From positions 59,520,001 to 59,584,000 of the forward strand of contig NC_135804.1 of NCBI RefSeq assembly GCF_964213995.1: a stretch of DNA of 64,000 nucleotides, given 5' to 3'. How positions within the stretch are numbered: position 1 is the first letter of the stretch; each line of letters begins with the position of its first letter. Source of the stretch: Mustelus asterias. Taxonomy: Eukaryota. Position numbers and translations under genes: made by a program. The notes under the pieces were generated by a model, which was given only the letters and a program-made list of their open reading frames with translations, did not search any database and was not told the origin of the DNA. Of this stretch, positions 61,253 through 64,000 are shown in pieces.

Positions 61253-62800
61253 TTAAGATTGAAGAATGGCAAATATTGTGCCTTTGTTTAAGAAGGGCTG
61301 CACTGAAAAGCCCGGGAACGACAGACGGTGAACTTAACTTATGCAGTGAGTAAGTTGTTAGTAGGTATTCTGAGAGACAGGATCGACAGGCATTTAGAGA
61401 GGCAAGGATTGATTCGGGACAGTCAGCATGGCTTTGCGAGTGGAAAATCATGTCTCACGAATTTCATTGAGTTTTTTTGAAGGGGTAACCAAGAACGTAG
61501 ATGAGGGCAGCGCAGTCCACGTTTTCTACATGAACTTTAGCAAGCCTTTGACTAGGTACCACATGGTAGGGTGTTGCACGAGGTTAAATCTCACGGGATC
61601 CAGAATGAGATAATCAATTGGAAACAAAATTAGCTTGACGACAGAAGACAGATGGTGATTGCAGAGGATTTTGTTTTCCAAACTGGAGGCCTACGATCAG
61701 CGGTGTGCCTCAGGGATCTGTGCTGGGTCCACTGTTATTTATCATTTTTATGAATGATTTGGATGATAATTTATGGGGCCTGGTTAGTAAGTTTGCAGAT
61801 GACACCAAGATTGGTGGCATAGTGGACAGTGAAGAAGGTGAGCAGGGTGGTGAAGAAGGCATTCGACATGCTTGATTTCATTGGTCAGAACATTAAATAC
61901 AGGAGTTAGGACGTCTTGTTGAAGTTGCACAAGACATTGGTAAGGCCACACTTCGAATACTCTGTACAGTTCTGGTCACCCTATTATAGAAAGGATATTA
62001 TTAAACGAGAAAGAATGCAGAAAAGATTTATTAGGATGCGACCGAGACTTAATGTTTTGAGTTTTAAGGAGCGGCTGGATAGACTGGGACTTTTTTCCCT
62101 GGAACGTAGGAGTCTTAGGGGTGATATTATAAAGGTCTATGAAATAATGATGGGCATAGATAAAATAGATAGTCAACATATTTTCTCGAATGTAGGGTAG
62201 TCTAAAACTAGAGGGCATAGGTTTAAGGTGAGAGGGGAAAGATACAAAAGGGTCCAAAGGGGCATTTTTTTCACATAGAGGTTGACGAGTGTCTGGAACG
62301 AGCTGCCAGATTCAGTAGAGGCGGGTACAATTTTGACTTTTCAAAAGCATTTAGGCAGTTTCATATGTAAGATGGATATAGAGGGATATGAGCCAAATGC
62401 AGGCAATCGGGAGTCGCTGAGTTGTAACAACTGGATGGCGTGGACAAACTGGGCTGAAGTGCCTCTGTCCATGCTGTAAACCTTTATGACTCTATGACCC
62501 TATGACATGATCTCAAAGTAAGGGTCTCCCATTTGTAACAGAGATGAGGAGGAATTACTTCTCTCAGAGGGTAGTGAATCTGTGGAATTGTTTACCACAG
62601 AGGGCTTTAGAGGTTGGACTGTTTAGTATGTTCTAGGCTGAGATAGACAGATTTTTAATCAGTAAGGAATGCTAAGATTACAGGGATAAAACAGGAAGCT
62701 GGATTTGCAGATTATCATTTCAGATCAGTCATGAACTCATTGAAGCAGACTGGATGGGGGGCCAAATGGCCTTCTTCTGCTCCGATGTCTCATGGCCTTT
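61253..62800 (+). mobile_element. Degraded CR1 RT/3' fragments
   Basis: [17 protein letters not shown] and RPHFEYSVQFW motifs; CTATG-type tail at ~62500. Confidence 0.8.
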
Positions 62801-62804
62801 TCAT

Positions 62805-64000
62805 TTCATTTAACTTATTATTGTCACGTGTATTGGGATATATTGGAAAAGTATCGTATCTTGAGCAACACGGTCAAACATATATAGTTCATAGAGTGCA
62901 TGGGGAAGACGGAATGGGGAGGGTGCAGAGTATAGTGTTGCAGTTACAGATAGGGTGAAGAGAAAGATCAACTTAGGATCACTTTGACGGCAGCAGGGGA
63001 GAAATTGTTCTTGATTCGGTTGATAGGTCATCTGAGGCTTTTGTATCTATCTCCCGACTGAAGATGGTGAAAGAAGATATGACCGTGGAGCCCGGGGTCT
63101 TGAAAAAAGGCAGCTGCTTTTCCTGGGCAACGGGAAGTGCAGACGGAGTCAGTGGAGGTTGGTTTGTGTGATGGACTGGGCTACGTTCACAACCCTTTGC
63201 AATTTCGCGCGGCCTTGATCAGAGCAGGAGCCATATCAAGCTGTGATACATCGGAAAGGGTGATTTCTATGATGCGTTTGTAAAGATGAGTGAGAGTCGG
63301 AGCAGACAAAGTTCCAAGTTTTGACCCAGCAGCAATGAGGAAACGGCGATATATTTCCAAGTCAAGATGGTATGAAACTGAGGGGGAACCTATAGGTTAC
63401 TATAGTGTTACCAAGCATCTGCAGCCCTTGTTCTTCTTGGTTTCAGAGGTCACAGTGTTGGAAGGTCCTGTTGAGGGAGCATTGGTGAGTTGTTGCAGTG
63501 CGTTTTATACATGGAGGCCACTGTACATACGTGTTGGAGGGAGTGAATGTTGAAGGTGGCGAATGGGCCTCCAGTCAAATAGGCTGCTTTGCCCCTGGAT
63601 GATGTTGAGCTCCTGAAATGTTGATGCAGCTCCATTTATGCATGCAACTGGAAAGCACTCAATCACACTCCCGGCTTGAATTGTCGATGATGGATAGGCA
63701 TTGGGAAGTCATGATTTGAGTTATTCGTCACCCAGTTCCCAGCCTCTTACTTGCTCTGGTAATCACAGTATTTATTTGGTTGGTCCAATTCTGTGTCCAG
63801 TCAACGGTAACACCCAGGATGCTGATAGTGGGGAATTCAATGAGGACAATTTAATTGGAGATTGTTGGATTCTCTCTTGTTGGATTTGGTCATTGCTAGC
63901 ATGTGTGGCGTGAATATAACTTGCTACTTATCAGTTCAAGCCTGAATGTTTTTCAGCACTTGCTGCATTAGGACATGGACTGCATCAGTATCTGAGATTT
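62805..64000 (-). mobile_element. Rex1-like 3' end (~62805-63310) followed by another degraded LINE fragment
   Basis: Reverse-complement similarity to ~55380-55860 and to the ~38860-39360 remnant. Confidence 0.55.

Overview
Vertebrate genomic DNA, almost certainly from a cartilaginous fish (shark), judged from HE1-type V-SINEs, CR1/HER1-type LINEs with (TTCTATG)n tails, Rex1-like LINEs and Penelope-like fragments. Most of the window is retroelement-derived. The genic core is a head-to-tail tandem duplication (unit A ~5.1-29.3 kb, unit B ~36.8-52.5 kb, and the apparent upstream part of a third unit from ~56.6 kb). Units A and B each carry a + strand Ig-superfamily gene with four open, GT-AG-bounded, phase-compatible exons: leader / germline-joined VJ-type V domain / C1-set domain / transmembrane segment with a conserved Arg and a very short tail. 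These look like non-rearranging, antigen-receptor-like (VJ-C1) activating receptors. Gene A has a 4-nt duplication that shifts frame past the stop codon used by gene B. The spacer between the units holds a decayed intron-less SRCR-EGF-ZP relic on the - strand. Several Penelope-type minimal hammerhead ribozyme motifs and solo-LTR-like insertions are also present. Alignments and identities were done by hand; repeat boundaries are approximate.
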